NCBI GenBank assembly: GCA_030248215.1
Contig: JASANG010002570.1
Location: 248,001 to 312,000, forward strand
From: Enoplolaimus lenunculus
Taxonomy: Eukaryota
DNA length: 64,000 nt
Direction: 5' to 3'
The position numbers and the translations under genes are program-made. This document shows, piece by piece, positions 47,301 to 61,500 of this stretch. Position 1 is the first letter of the stretch, and every line of letters begins with the position of its first letter. The notes beneath the pieces were generated by a model, which ran no database searches, was not told the DNA's origin, and saw nothing but the letters and a program-made list of their open reading frames with translations.

Positions 47301-48176
47301 GAGATCACGGCACAACGTAGGTTTATCGGCCCGGCATTGATACACCGTTCCGCCTTGAATAATACCGGTCATAGAGCGGGATGCGTTTGAAGCTGGAGCA
47401 CCTAAAATTCACAGAAAATATAACCTTTGTTATTTTTAAGGACCTACCAACTAAGCCTAAGCCTAAATATAAACCTAAATGTAAGCCTAAATATAGTCCT
47501 ACTATTAATTGTTAGCCTAAGCCTAAGCCAAACGTAAAGCTTAAATTTAAGCTTAATCCTAATTCTGAAACATAAGTTTCACAATGTTTAAGTTCACCGA
47601 CTTCTCTGTAATTTAATGGGCAGTGGTTTACAAGTAACATAATTTTTTTAAAAATTTCTTCATTTCACCGCCGCCGAATACGTAATTTTTCGCTTCACTC
47701 TGACTCAGTTATATAATTGTGTCACGTTACACAGAAGACAGGAACCGGATATTATATTTTACTGGTACCGGATGCGACTTGATATTTAGGTAAGCAATAA
47801 TTACCCTGGATTTGCACGTGAAATTTTTTTGCACCTACAACTTCTATCAGTGAAAATTTGCACGTACAAGAGTTGTTTGAAAACCGTTTTCATATATAAT
47901 TCGCAGTTGCAATTTGAAGCTGCAAAATTTTGTTGCAAAAACTTGCACGTGTGAATATGGCTTTAAATCAGTATATTTCTCACCGACAATGATCCAACCT
48001 TGTCCAGTTGCGTCCAAATACATATCCATCGCGTATCCGAAATAACTACCGCGTTCTCCAGTAAACATAACATAATTTTCAATGTCAAGATTGAACGCAA
48101 CGCAATGCGCAATAAAGTATATTATGCAAATTGCAGCAAAATGCAACCGTAAACGTAGCGAAATTGCTAATTGCAT
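35308..48176 (-). CDS. Integrin alpha subunit without I-domain, ~1251 aa, 12 coding exons
   Basis: Exons 48176-47984, 47401-47232, 46220-45752, 44821-44637, 43653-43287, 42135-41924, 40899-40850, 40337-40138, 39401-39288, 38713-38577, 37607-37358 and 36716-35308 join in frame (3756 nt). Signal peptide then FNLD; FG-GAP repeats (SYFGY..IVGAP; DFNGDGHNDLAVGAP; DLNHDFYDDLVVGAP; VDDNALPDVLVGAY); thigh/calf motifs (CVPDL, CDIGNP, HVYQLKNDG); RAKR cleavage site; TM helix; RFGYLRR membrane-proximal motif. Confidence 0.95.
37035..37224. mobile_element. MITE family C
   Basis: TIRs; TSD ggactcat/ggactcga. Confidence 0.8.
37719..38026. mobile_element. MITE family B with long CCTAAG/CCTGAG array
   Basis: TIRs present; degenerate TSD cactgcac/caatgcgc. 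Confidence 0.85.
38848..39072. mobile_element. MITE family B
   Basis: Exact TSD AAGTTGTT; (TTAGGC)n interior. Confidence 0.9.
42673..43119. mobile_element. MITE family A nested in a family B copy (about 42511-43172)
   Basis: Inserted at the TA of the family B motif aagctTActctatt; TA on both sides. Confidence 0.85.
44237..44510. mobile_element. MITE with ~45-bp TIRs (AGCCCTATTCACACGTGCAAG), PIF/Harbinger-like
   Basis: Perfect terminal inverted repeats in a TTA/TAA context; partial copy at ~47810-47962. Confidence 0.75.
45386..45617. mobile_element. MITE family C (inverted copy also at 50125-50318)
   Basis: TSD aaatcggt/aaaccggt; TIRs; CCTAAG repeats. Confidence 0.85.
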
Positions 48177-48257
48177 ATAGATTCGATTTTAAAATCTCAC
48201 CTGTAACGCAAATATATAATTACTTTTAACAGTGAAGAAATGGAAGTTGAATTTGCT

Positions 48258-48844
48258 GGCCAATGTATTAAAGATCATGGCGGAACAGTATTTATAAGCA
48301 TATTCCTAAGCCTAAGGTTTACGTCTAAGTCTAAGCGTAAGAATGAGCATATCCCCAAGCTTAAGCCTAAGCCTAAACCTAAGCGTAAGAAAGAGCATAG
48401 TCCAAAGCCTAAGCCTAATCGTAGAACGAGCATATTCCTAAGCCTAAGCCGAAGCATAAGCCAAGCAAAAATATCAGTTTGAAGTTTACACTTACTCTAT
48501 TGCAGTCCCACAGAAAATCGTTCCGCCCCTGATCTATAAATGGGTCAATTTCTTTAAACCAAGTTTCAAAAAAATATATTTTGAGCTTCTAAACCTGGAC
48601 TCGTTAACAACCAATTTTTACCAAGCTGTATGAGCCACGTATTGGGTCCACGTAAAGTTGCCTGGCCCATGTATAGAACATAGCCGGAACGTTTTTCTGC
48701 GGGACTGTAATAGAGTCAGCTTAAGCTTTAAACTAACGTTTTTGCATATTGGTTTAGGCTTAAGCTTAGACTCATCCTTACGCTTAAGCTTAGGCTTAGG
48801 TTTAGGCTTAGGCTTAGGAATATGATTGGTTCTATACATGGGCC
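48258..48844. mobile_element. Two adjacent family B MITEs (48258-48546 and 48664-48844)
   Basis: Each has both TIRs and partial 8-bp TSDs (aatttgct/aatttctt; agttgcct/acctgcct). Confidence 0.8.
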
Positions 48845-49713
48845 ACCTGCCTGATAAATTCTGTTTACCAAACTTGCGTGGATGCTAACTGGCATATCTC
48901 AAGCTTGAAGTGCATACGTGAACTTTATACAAAAAGTATATAAAATTGCAGTCTAAGTCAGACGACACCTTCCAACAGTGCTAAACCAGTTTTTTCCCAG
49001 CTAAAATACTGGGTTCAATGGGTCTCACCAGTGCCCCCAGGTTACGCTTTGCCACAAAACGAGTGGATTCCCATCACAGCGGACACTTGCTTATCTTCCA
49101 ATACCCTCAAATTGGATGTCGTGCACCCAAATGGATCATAACAAAAATTTTGAAATATCTAATTTACCGCAGCAAAAAATAGAATTTGCCCTTTAATGAT
49201 GGCGCCGTTTGAAATCGAACCCTGCATCTGTGAAGTTCACCTCTGTTGTTCCTTCATATCTGCACGCCCGAATTTAGATGTTTATTAATATTACCTAAGC
49301 ATGTTTGGGAAGGGGACATAATTTATGGATGCCAATGTTCGCTGGGACAGTTACTGGGAAAAATGTCCGCAGGGACAGGTTTTGTGAGAGACAGTGTTTA
49401 CCGTGACAGGTAAACAGGTTGAAAGAAAGCGATACAACAGTGTAATGACTAATATGCTACGGATCAGAACACGCTTTGCTATTAAGCAATCTGCAAAAAG
49501 ACAACATTACAGTCCTAATCCTTATCAGGAAATAATGCTACATTAGGAAGGGATTATAGACTGTTGCTGTGCACAATGCAGCGAATCTGTGCAGAGCAGT
49601 AGACATGCAAGCAGCAGCCTAAACTTGCACCTAAACAAAACACCAATATAGCAAGGTTGCTAATTGCCCGTTGTAAACGGATAGTAACAATAACGGAAAC
49701 TGATCAAAAACGG

Positions 49714-49868
49714 GGCCAATGATACTTTAAAGGCCGTTCCATTTTCCCGGGACAGCAATGTACCAGGAGTACATTCAAAAAATATAATTGGGCAGGAGCG
49801 CATAAGTGTGCGCTCCTTGTATATTTGTGTCCCGCGAAATTGGGATGGCCTTTATAGTAACATGGCCC
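49714..49868. mobile_element. Family C-related MITE without TTAGGC (GGGACA subfamily)
   Basis: Exact TSD AAAAACGG; same terminal motif; its 5' part matches 8227-8345. Confidence 0.85.
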
Positions 49869-50916
49869 AAAAACGGAAATGGAAAACAACAGGCATTGAA
49901 GATAAAAATTTCAGAAATGTTTCTATTTTTCGGCCAACATAATTGAGGAGTGCAAATATTCAATGGCGTTTCAAAATGATAAAAGAAAAAATGGTGGATG
50001 CATCGAAATTATCAAGATTTTGGATAAATTTAGCATTTTTTTATTTGCCAAAGGTTGCAGCAGGAATGACTATAGCAACTATACTAACTAAATAAATGTG
50101 CTAAATATAACACTCTTCTTACACGGCCCATGTTACTTTAAGGGGTGTCCAGGTTTTCGGTGGGTCTATAAACAGTAGGTTTAGATTCTAGATTACATTT
50201 TTTGTTTAGTAGGCTTAGGCTTATAGGCTTACGAACCCATTTTTGCAACGCTTAGGCTTAGTCTTACGTTTAGGCATACGCTTCATCTACTGTTACGACC
50301 CTTAAAGTAACATCGGTCGTGCACACTATGAAATTGAGCGAAATTAACAGTTGTCAAATTTGTTGTCTTGTTGTTAAGTTTTAAGTCTATGCTTGAATGA
50401 CCATTAACACTAACGTTCTTTACGCACAAGTAAACAGCGATGTGGGACCCCAAACCAAAATCCTATCTATGACAATGTATGTGTTTGTGTTGATTATTCA
50501 AGTAAATGTTTTCCTTCAACTCAAATTAGCTTCATCATCTGTTCCTTAAATTATGAGCGTTAAGAGTGGTTTTCTTAGTTTTGTTACCTAAATTAAGCTT
50601 TGAATGTGCTAAAAATAATTTATTTTTACAGAGAATAATTTTAGTACAGTGCTGTGTGTTAAAACGGACACGGTGTCTTTATCATGAGGATCATTTTTTC
50701 ACACCACAGTACTATGAAAATAGGACCCATATGAGAATGTGCCAGGGGTCATTTTTAGTGGGGTCATTTTTCGTGCGACACCGGTACAGAAAGGCTGAAA
50801 TTGTTCGATAGGGAACAAAAATTAAAAAATCCATCTAAAACCTTAAGAATTATGGTTGCATCCGCTATTTTGCTGCAAATTCAGACGGCTCGGAAATATA
50901 AGTACGTGCCAGGGTA

Positions 50917-51367
50917 CTGTAGTGACCTGAATAAGAGAGGGGACTGATATTTATTTGGCCTTTCCAGAGGGTACCCCCTCGTTCTTCGGTTACGGACTGT
51001 TATTTATTTTTAACCCACGCTCCGCCACCCTTCGTTACTGATATATATCCGGTACTGCAACTACCCGTTGAATTAAACGTTTATTTGTCTTGCGTTAATA
51101 GCTTGAGCGATCATGCAAGGTTATACTTAGGAATGTATATACTTTCAAAACTTAAATACGCCTTAAAGATTCGAACTCAATTTTATTTGGTCCGGGGTCA
51201 TTTATGCACTACAGTTAGGAATAACTAACCTTCATGGACTCTAATTTAGAACTTAGGGACTCTATCCGCTTACGGACTCTTATTAGGGATACGGACTCCT
51301 ATTGATTGGGACTCAAAATGGTGACCCCCTCTTATTACCCCACACCCTCTTATTCGGGTCACGACAG
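50917..51367. mobile_element. MITE family A, full copy (a further truncated copy lies at about 46760-47093)
   Basis: ta|CTGTAGTGACCTGAATAAGAG...CTCTTATTCGGGTCACGACAG|ta. Confidence 0.9.
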
Positions 51368-54300
51368 TACTTCCGGAGGTCTGTCTCATGCTCCGACATA
51401 GAATCAACATCCGGCTCCGTTAGAAATTTTGCTGCAAATTCCGGCAATTTCGGTAGTGAAATTTTGCGTAGCTTTACTAAATTTATTTGTTTGCCGCGTT
51501 TCGTTTTAACGTTTGGCGCAATTTTGAAGAAAAAATTGCCGTCCGGAAATTTCGGTAGCAAAATTTTGTATAATTTTGCAAATTTTACGGCATAAAATTT
51601 GGTTGGTGGAAATTAAGATACTTTACTAAAATAACAATGAAAATTAAAAGCATACAAATCGTGACAATCGCCGAAAATAAACCGTCGAAGTAGATTTCGC
51701 TTCCGTGAGTGATCAAAATCTAAAATACAGTAGATAAAGTGAATATCTATCTCCAACTAGGGTTACTTCACCAATATTGCAAAAAAAGAAAATTACAAAT
51801 GAATTTTTCGGTGGCATGTATTGTTCATTTTCTGGTTTCGGTAATCTTTTCAAATTCCGGTCGCAAAACTTTTACTGCATCCGGATGCCAACTATCTGTT
51901 GGAGCAGACTCGCAATTCGCTTCCCATTGACTTGTTAAAACAAATCAGTTCTCGGCACACAGACAGAGCGGCTCCAAACATCCGCAGTAATAACGTTAAA
52001 ACCGCAATTAAAGCTAACCCAACCCTGTGACTTTTAGGTGGCACCTCCTATATTGATTAATCATCGCTCCAGAAAAAACAAATACTTCTTTAATAGTGCA
52101 TATCGCAAAATTCGACGTCCCAACATAAAAACAGCATCATAGACCACCAAAAAGTTATTCATGAAACAAAAATTCGAGACACACAGTTACATGCAACAAA
52201 TATAAGCATAGAAAATACAGGCACCATCCAACTTCCATTAAAGGTTGACAGCAACAGTATATATTTACTATAACAATTTAGAAACAAACGTATACGCAAA
52301 TAATTTCAGACGATTTTCAGCAGCGTGAAAGCCGCTCTGTAAACCTGAGATGTTCGAGATCAACGATAATGTGAAGTTATACCAGAACAATCAATCGTAT
52401 TTTATTCGTTACTCCGGGTTTTCCAGAATACGAGTGTGGTGTGTGAAAAGCAACACGTGTTCCTGCTAGTAAGTTAAATTTCAAAGACAACCCGAAGCTC
52501 CTGTCTAGAGCATGGCTCCGTGTACCGTATACAATACAAATTTCTGACGTTAAACAGTTTTAACATTGCGCAATTTAACAATGCGATCGTCTATTTTTTA
52601 GCCATATTCATAAAATTTTTCTTTCAAATATGCTTTAGTACAAATAACGGCAAAAATTAAAACTCGTAATTAGGATACGAACAAAATCTCTCACAATTCA
52701 CTGCAAAATTATACCTACAACCAAAATTATTGAAAACATCCGTAAAGGCGTCCGCAAGTTTCATCTGTAGAAACATCAAAATATTTCTAATTAGCATGAA
52801 ACCGTAAAAACCCAAGCGCAGCAAATATTTTAAGTTAGTTTAAGTCCGAAGCGCTCGTTTGCCGAACACCCCGGGTTTTATTAAAAGGATAAACCACATT
52901 TACATCAACGAAAGCAATTATATAAACCAAAGAAGGCAACAACATATTATCATAACATAACAAAGGTCCTTGAAAATTACCCATTATTCTACTCTGCTTG
53001 CAAGGATATTATTCAGAGCAAATATGTTAAAAAGCACACAAGAACCAGTTTGGACACATCGGCCGGCCAAATGTTTACACGTACCGTCCAGCCCACCAGT
53101 ACTCTACTTTACGCACGCCAGTCAAAGTTTGTCAAAATGATGCAACCATTCTCACTCTTTCAAACAAAGCACATACAATCAACTTAGATCGTCAGTATTT
53201 TACCGAAAAAAATGTCCCAATTACAAACCAAATGTACAAATACATAATCTGCAAAACTAAAGACATATATTATAAAATTTAACACAAACGGAAAAAAATA
53301 TAGCCAGTGTAGTGCTAGAAAATGTGCCGATTTCAACCCGTTGTTCACAAAAGAACGTTGCTGCGAACGGATAGTTAACGGGCGACGCTACCACTTTTTG
53401 ATTATTTTAATGGTAGGGACGCCTAACTTTTCAGGACAATGACATCAAATCATACTTTAGGTATTTTAAACACAAGGTTGAGAGTAACAGAGTTAGCATT
53501 TGGTTATTGCTCAACAGAGCCCGACACTTATTTATATTCTTTCTTTTGGGCAAAACTGATTGGCTCCGAAGCTATTTTATTGATTTTCATCTCCGTTAAT
53601 TCTTTTTTTTCTACATTTCATTAATTAAGTTTATGCGGGTTGTCTGAGTGTCTGTTGTAAACATAAGCAGTCTATAGACCATTCTTCTGCTTTGGTCTCT
53701 TTTATGGGCCCGCTTAATAAAGCCTTTACTCATCCTAAGCCTACATGAGTCGGGAAGTGCACGTGAAAAACAACCCTTTTGAATTCTAAGTAGCAATCAA
53801 AACAATGGCCGATCAGAAAATTTATTCAAACCTATAAGCCACATGTGAAAATTGTCAGGTTAAACTTAACGTTAACATGGAGAGGCCGAGATGGCTACTG
53901 GTGTAGCTACACAGTTTCGACGGACGCTGTTCAAAACAATGCCTACTCTATTCCTACGGTAAACATAAACAACAAAACTACACCACAAAACGACACCGAA
54001 ACAAACTAAATACTGTAATACGTATTCGTTTACCTCGCAAAGCCGTTTCGAGCAGAACGCAACTTTTGCGCTAATCTACGCATGCGCCGGGAGTAACCGG
54101 GATCGCTGGATAGAAAGCAGTATCAATTTATAGCCACGTCTAAGGCTACGCCTAGTCGTCAATGCCACAAGCAAGCATACAACAACCGTCTTCAGTAAAA
54201 AACACTTTCGGTTTCCGCTGAGTTTAATATTGTCAGTGAGTTGAACGGAATCAATCGTCAAAAACAATGCCCACTTCAAAACTTCATTCAAAATTACTTC

Positions 54301-55509
54301 TGCTCGAAAAAACTACTTTGCCAACTGGAGTTTCGCGCAACGGCCTATTGTACACTTTTACACCGCAATTTGCGCTCACACTTAAACTTGGGTTTGACAA
54401 AGGCGTACCTACGCCTACGCTTCTGGTTCACCTTTGTCTAATCATACTCGATAGCCTAAATAAGCCTTAACCATAAATGCAAAGTAAAATGTACAAGAAC
54501 CTACGCAACATTCATAACTTGGTATTTGAAACCAGTACAAAAAATACATTTTGAAACAACGATTCAATACCGATTTAGCAGCGTTTGTTTGCGTGTTCGC
54601 CATCAATATTTACACAATGAAAATAAAATCAGTGTGAAAAAAAGTGCAACTGAACAGCGGCGTTTCACAAAAGTAATTGGCCAATGACAGTACTATAAGT
54701 TCAAAATTAACCTGATACGTGGAAACCAACAACAGCGGCGACAAAGACTCAAAATGTAACACGTAGCACTAGATAGACAGACAAATATTCAGGACGGAAA
54801 TGGAAATAAATTCTCGATATTCTTCTATTGTGCCACCCTAATGCAAAGTGTATAATATTCTAGGTAAAAAGCATGTATATACATCCTACTATTTTTATTA
54901 GCTCGTTTTTTATATATGCTAGGAATGTTTTTCCAGTAGTATTATTATATACTATCCTAACCATGCAAAAAATTTTCAAAAATTTGTCCGCTTAAAGTTT
55001 TTAAGTTCGTCTTATTTTTCACATTCATCGAATTTTTATCAATTTGGCTAGAAAACACAATATGAGCTTCAGATGTGAAACCGTTTTCTCGAAAAATTGT
55101 CAGCACGGCAGGTTTGGCGAGTTAATACTACACCTCCATCTTCGCTAGATGCGGAACCGGCGCCTACCAAAATTTGACACTAACGGAACAAATTATACGT
55201 AGTCCTACAGAAACCAACTCTTTATATAGCACTCCTACGCTAAAAGCCCAAACTGAGTACATACGTTTACAATTTCGCCATTTAAATATATAACGTACGT
55301 ATCACGAACTGATTATACAAATGTTCACAAATTGCAAAATTATTGTACTATTCACATTTGTTAATGAAAATACATGACGCACGCTGGCACGCAACTTGAG
55401 TTACAAAATACGCCACGAAAACTGACATTATATTTCACAGCTTTTTGAATATCGCACAAACCCCAAAATCCCGAGGGTACGTTCTCGTTTAAATCACACA
55501 GTTTTAAAT

Positions 55510-58500
55510 TTACAAATTCCTGTGACCGTCAACGCCACGAACATACGGGAAAGCGTACCTTGAAAATTGACTGAAGTCATCGTTACCAGTAGTGTTACGA
55601 GCATTCACACCGGTCGATCCCGCAGACGGCATCAATCCAACTGGGTGCCTAAATCTGGTAACCATAGAATTTGGCAATACCGATTGTGTAAACCCAATAT
55701 CTACAGTCGGGGGTCGGTACACACCAGTTGGCGGAATTGCCGCCGCGAAATCTAGAGGTCGAACTTCACCAATCCGAGACGCAACTGTTTGCTGTACGTT
55801 AGGGCAAAATGGAATACCTCCAGGCACAATCCGATTAGAGGTGGTCAGATTAGTGGTTGAGTTATGTGCTGGACTGTTTTGTATAGGATCTTGTGCGCTT
55901 CCATGGGCACGTACAGGTAACGATTCAAGCTGTTGCGTCGATTGCATCGCTATCGGAAGCCGTGGTGATATTTCAAATCGGGGTGGAGGTATCGAAGATA
56001 ACTGTCTTAGGTTATCGCCAAAGCTTACTGTATCGGTGGTGTTTCCCGTAGGAGGAGGGCGGAGAGAAGAAGGCTGCTGTAAACCAGGCAGAACCATAGG
56101 AATCACTGGTTGTGGGGCAGCTACTACAGGTGGCGGTCCTAATATATTAACAGGAGGTGGCGGAAGAGTATTCAACGCATGTGGTGGCCCCTGCGATAAA
56201 GCAAAACCGAGAGATACACTAACGCCTGGTAATTGAGATTTCTGGAAACCGGTGTAAGATGCTGTTGTAGTAAACGCTGGCGGTATAGCAGGTACAGGTT
56301 GCATACCGCAAGCGCTTAGACTTGTAATCGCCTCACTATGAGTTGTTGAAATCACAGGTGGTGGACGATTAACAAACGAAATATCTTTGGTTTCATTCCA
56401 ACGGCTACAGTCTTGATTATGAATATTCAGCTCCTTAGAGTCTTCCAGGGTAGTAGACACCTTGGCACCTTCTTCTTCGTCACTACTACTCAAAAGCGGG
56501 CGTTTATGCGTTCGATACGAACTTGGACCAGCATTTGGTCTAGTGTCATTAGGTAAGGAACCACGCACCTCAGCAGCTTCTTGGTTCAACGACCGTAACA
56601 TCATATCGCGCATTGTAACCTGATTAGCTTCGCGATTGCCTATAATTCCGCTATTGCCATCGCTAGCTGGTGCTATATGGCCAGCTCCAAATCTAGGCTC
56701 GCCACCGTTCGCAGAACCGCTGGACAACTGGCCGACAACATCGTCCTTATCGTTTACATCTTCATCAAGCAGGGTTCTACGTCTACTACCACTTCCGTCC
56801 GTATTCCAGCTCTCTCTAGCACCTCCCGCCACACTGGTTTCACTTTTATTACCAACTACGTCCGATTTCCAGCTCTCGCTAGCACTGCCCGCCACACCAA
56901 TTTCACTCCTATCATTATTTTGTCTTAACGAGGCCGCCTTATCTCTAGACGTAATTTCGCATTCGCTACCGTCACTTTGATCGCTCGACCACAATAACGC
57001 TGTTCGCTTCCTGCAACTACCCGGCTGAACACTTGCGGTCGCGAGGGCGGGAGGTGAACAACGTTGCTCATACCGGCGGTAATGACTCGAATTACTGCCG
57101 TCGTCAGGCCGTTGTTGCTTACCTTGATTCCCACCCCAATTACCTTTGTTCCCGCCCACACACCTTTCGTGACTTACCGGTGAGCCACATTCTGCCCCGC
57201 TGTCTTCAGCGCTGGTGCTATCTTGCAACAAACATTTTCTGCTCGACTTCGGCGCTGCCTCATGGGCGGCCGATCGCTTGTCTGGCGTTGTTTCTATTGG
57301 ATTGCCATCGCGCAACTCATGAGTGTGACACCCGATCCCAGACCTTCGTATAATTGCACCAGGTGATCGTGAATCTTTGACCCTTGGCATTCGATCTACG
57401 GTCATACTGCGATTGATTCCGCCATGTTTACCGCTACCGTCAAGTTGTTCTTGAGCCAGCTGATTTGCCGTTTTCTGCCCAGGTGATCCCGGCGTGTTTG
57501 TACCATGAACGAAAACCGGTGTGTTGTTTCCTGGCTCACGATCATAATCGTGGCTGCTTGGAAGCTCACCTTCTTCAGATACCGTGTCTGACGAAACATC
57601 ACCGTCATGGATAAGCGCTTTCCTCGCCGGAGCAGACGCCGACACCGGCACAGAACATTCTTCTGCAACCAATCGGCTTTTCGGTTCACGATTTCGAGTA
57701 GCTTGAAACAATCCGGAATCGTTCTTTTCAACTGTGCTATCTAGCGCTTGCTGCATTGCAATCTTTGCTGCAGATGATCCATTCGATGATGACGTCATCG
57801 TTGATTGTTGCGTTACAAGCGGTAACGTCAACGTTGCTTGTTGTGTTAAAGCTGATGCCGTCATCGTTGCTTGTTGCGTCATAACTGATGTCGTCATTGT
57901 CGTCTGACTAACCGGTGGTAGCGCAACAGATGGCGGCGCCATCCCAAGTTTCGACGCGCACTCAGCCACAGCAGTCACGTATGATTCAGTTCCAGGCCCA
58001 GCTTCGATCGCAGCCAGAATTGGATCAAGCGCTGTGGCACCACCCGTGCGACTTGGTGCAGCTTCAAACAGTTGCGTCAACGCGTCAACAACTGGCAGTG
58101 GAGTTCGGCCGTCAATCAAAAGTCTTCTCGCGTTTGCGATTCGTGCTGCAAAATTGTTCTGTGATGATACGGTAGCGGTAGGCGTGTCAAAAGCTGTCTG
58201 AGCTCCCACTCCCAGTGGATCTGTGGACGACGTCTTCATTGCTGCCCGGGGAATTTTCGCTGAAATTGCTTCGTCACTCTGCGACAGCCAGCTACTGCTG
58301 GCGATGGGACCAGATGCGGTATTCGAAAGAGTCACTGATGAACAGGATTGAGGTGTCGGAGAAAGAAAGTTCAGTTGTTGTTGGGCAACTAATGCAGATG
58401 GAGTTGTGGGAACAGCACGGGAATTGAAATCGAAGCAAAGAGGCAAACATGTCGCAACATTTTGGATTGGTATAACAGGGCCGACCGGGCTTTGATGGCC

Positions 58501-61500
58501 CGGTTTGGTAAGACCAAGCCTATCGGAAAGCGTTTGTTGTGTCGCTGATGTGGCCAAAAACGACTGAAAAAATCCTGGCGGTAACAGTTTAGATTTCGGT
58601 TGTTCCATTGGAGGCTTGGCTAAAGATACCGGTGGCCCACTCATGTTACTTGCAGTTCCTGTAACCGACGCTGTACTAGCAATAGACGGCGGCTTAGAAA
58701 CTGCACAAATTGGTCCACTAATTGAAGGTACAGCAGCCGAACCGCCGGACACATTTACCAAAATCATAGTTGCCTCTTTGCCGAAGGAATTACCACTGCA
58801 AACATCAACTAGCGATGCTTCTGAGAGCTGATTCCCGTTTGGAGTAATCGACCCCGCTAAAGGCTCAATATCCATATCATCGTCAACGATCAGCGGCCCA
58901 TCACGTCTTGACCACTGCTTGGACGAGCATTCTGCACCATTCGCGATTACTCCAATTGTTTTTGAGCGTTGTTCTTGTTGTTGCCTTCCAGTTGAATTTG
59001 TAGACCCACCGTTCATAGGAGGTGGTGGCGGCGGCGTAGGTGATTTTGGCGGTGTTTCTTGAGGCGGCAGCGGTGGTGGTGATATTGCCATTGGTTCCAT
59101 AACACGATTACTGCTCCGCGAATAGGTGTTAGTAATCAGAGAATGGTTATCGTTTTGGTCCACAGTTGATTCCATCTTGCTGCGAGTTCCACCAACACTG
59201 CAAGACAAATTTGAATACAACCATGACGACTGTGGAACTGCTAAAAACGATGCTGACTGACAAGTGATCGCCGGTGACGTAGATATCACGGCCGCTGCCG
59301 AGTCACAAGCCTGGTTTTTATCTCGTTTCTCGGTATTTTGTGCAGGATCACGACTGCGGCTGTAAAAGCTACTACTGCCGCCATGTCGATAAATTCGTTT
59401 GCTGTTGCCGTATTGCAAGCGTTGCTGTTGTTTTTCATGCATTTTACGTTCCTCTTCCTGCCGCGACAATTGCTGTTCTTGTTCTGCTTTCCGTTGCTGT
59501 TGTTCTTCATACTGTTGTTGCTGTAGGAGCTTCGATAGTCGTTTTTTGACCGGCTGATCCGCCAAGCTTGGCGTTGGCCGTTCCGCCGATTCATTCACCT
59601 CGAATTCTCCTTGTTTCGTTTGCGGTTCACAACAAACATCGTTCATATTTGGCAGATCAGCTGTTTTCAATCCGGTATGTCTTTGACTCTCATCACACGC
59701 GATGTCACTGCATTTCACTCGTTCCATTCCACCCTGCGGATCCAAACTGTCAGTGGTAGACTTCTTTGCTCCAGTCATTTTATATGTATCCAACTGTTCT
59801 TCTGATTTTTCCACTTCCTTATTTTGAACACTGCTCGAGCTCGAGTGTTCCATTACCATCAACCCACTGCCGTCGCTATCAACGTCAGTACTATCTGACA
59901 CCTGTTCCTTGTCATAGTTGTGATAATGCCTTACACGATTGGTCACTAGTCTAGCAGGGACATTGGCTTCACCTGAGGCAATAGCCGTGTTCCTTGGAGC
60001 TTCGGAATCTGTACATGGCGGTGTCACTACAGGAGGAGTAACAGCTCTGGCCACTGTAGACACATTTGGTTTTTCTCGTTCATTCAAAGACCCAGATCCT
60101 GACCCATGGTTTGTCGCCCCTTCCTCCAAAGATTTCTTGGGACAGCTCTGATCAGATCTTCCACTAATTTTCCTAACGTCGCCAAATTTTGCACTCTCGC
60201 CACTTGTTGTTTTTACCAATTTGCTGTGCTGTTTACCAGCATCACTTGTTGCCTGACTTTTACCACGCTCTTGCTGTAGTTCACTGCCGTCGCTAGACGG
60301 CTTTTGAAAAACCTGCGCAAGACCTCCGAGCAACGCAGTTAACGAGATCATTAAAACAGACGGATCGACACCTTGAAACCGAGACAAAATTTCAGGGCTA
60401 ATCAAACTAGTCAGCGACGCTGGATCTTTGATACTTCCACCGGAAAGCTTGCTCAAAGCTTCAATGATTGCATTATTCTGGCTACTGTTAGTTGTAGTTG
60501 GAGCTGCAGTCTTTGAAGCACCTACAGTTTCCTGCTGATTTTCGCCGAGCTTTTTTAGTAAAGTTAAACTAACGTCTTGATCAGGTTGCGGTAGATTACT
60601 TCCATCTTTACCTGGCAGACCGGATTTCGCAACACCATGTTCAGAATCACCTTTTGTAGCTGTAACTGCCACGAGGCCACGTTGGGCTGGAAATTGCGGT
60701 GAAAGCACTTCGTCATCTGGGCTTGTAATCGGTTCGGTCACGTGTAATTGTTGCCGGGTAGGCTTAATCAGTGCCCGCGGGAGCTGTTGTTTTGGCTTGT
60801 CCCCACTCGACGCCATAACTCCACCTGTACCGGCTGCTTTTTGAGCAGCTAAAGCAACGGCTGACGGAGACAAAGGCGGGGATCCGGGTGGAGTTTTCGG
60901 GCCACCGGAGCAACTACGATGCGTGTGGCTACTAGCAGCTGCTTTTTGAGTACCACCGGTGTGTTTGCTTCCTGGAGAAACTAGAGTTGGTCGGGCTTTA
61001 TCACCTGCCACGCTGTCGTGTCTTGCTTCTCGCTCTGACTGTTGTTGCTGTTGTTGATAATGATGATGGTGCACATATCCGGGTACTTTTGGCAAATCTT
61101 TAATACTACTACTGCCTCCTGTCAGCACGTACAAGCTAGTTGTCGTCGTTGGTGTAATAACATTTTTATTGCCGTCGCCAAGCGCTGCTAATTGCAAAAT
61201 CGAGGATGTTGCACTCGTAATAACATTAGTCGCCGGTGGAATATCATCCTGTTCCGGTAAATTTCCGCCACTTTCTAGTCTTTCGCGACCAGCTGGCACC
61301 AGCCCGCACGCGCCAGAATATGCAGACGCCATAGAGCTTCTAGCAGCTGCGTCTGTGAGGACTTTTCCGCCGGATTTAATTTTTTCGGCGAGAAGCGTTT
61401 CCATCAGACCTCTGGTATGCGGAAGGCACCCTGTACTACCGGTTGGCAAATTATCCATAAGCGACGACCCATAATGCCTGACAAAATGACGGCGCTGGGG

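Noticed and set aside
49195..49235. tRNA-like 3' end or PBS (TGGCGCC...TCGAACC)
   Set aside because: No A-box, cloverleaf or adjacent LTR found.
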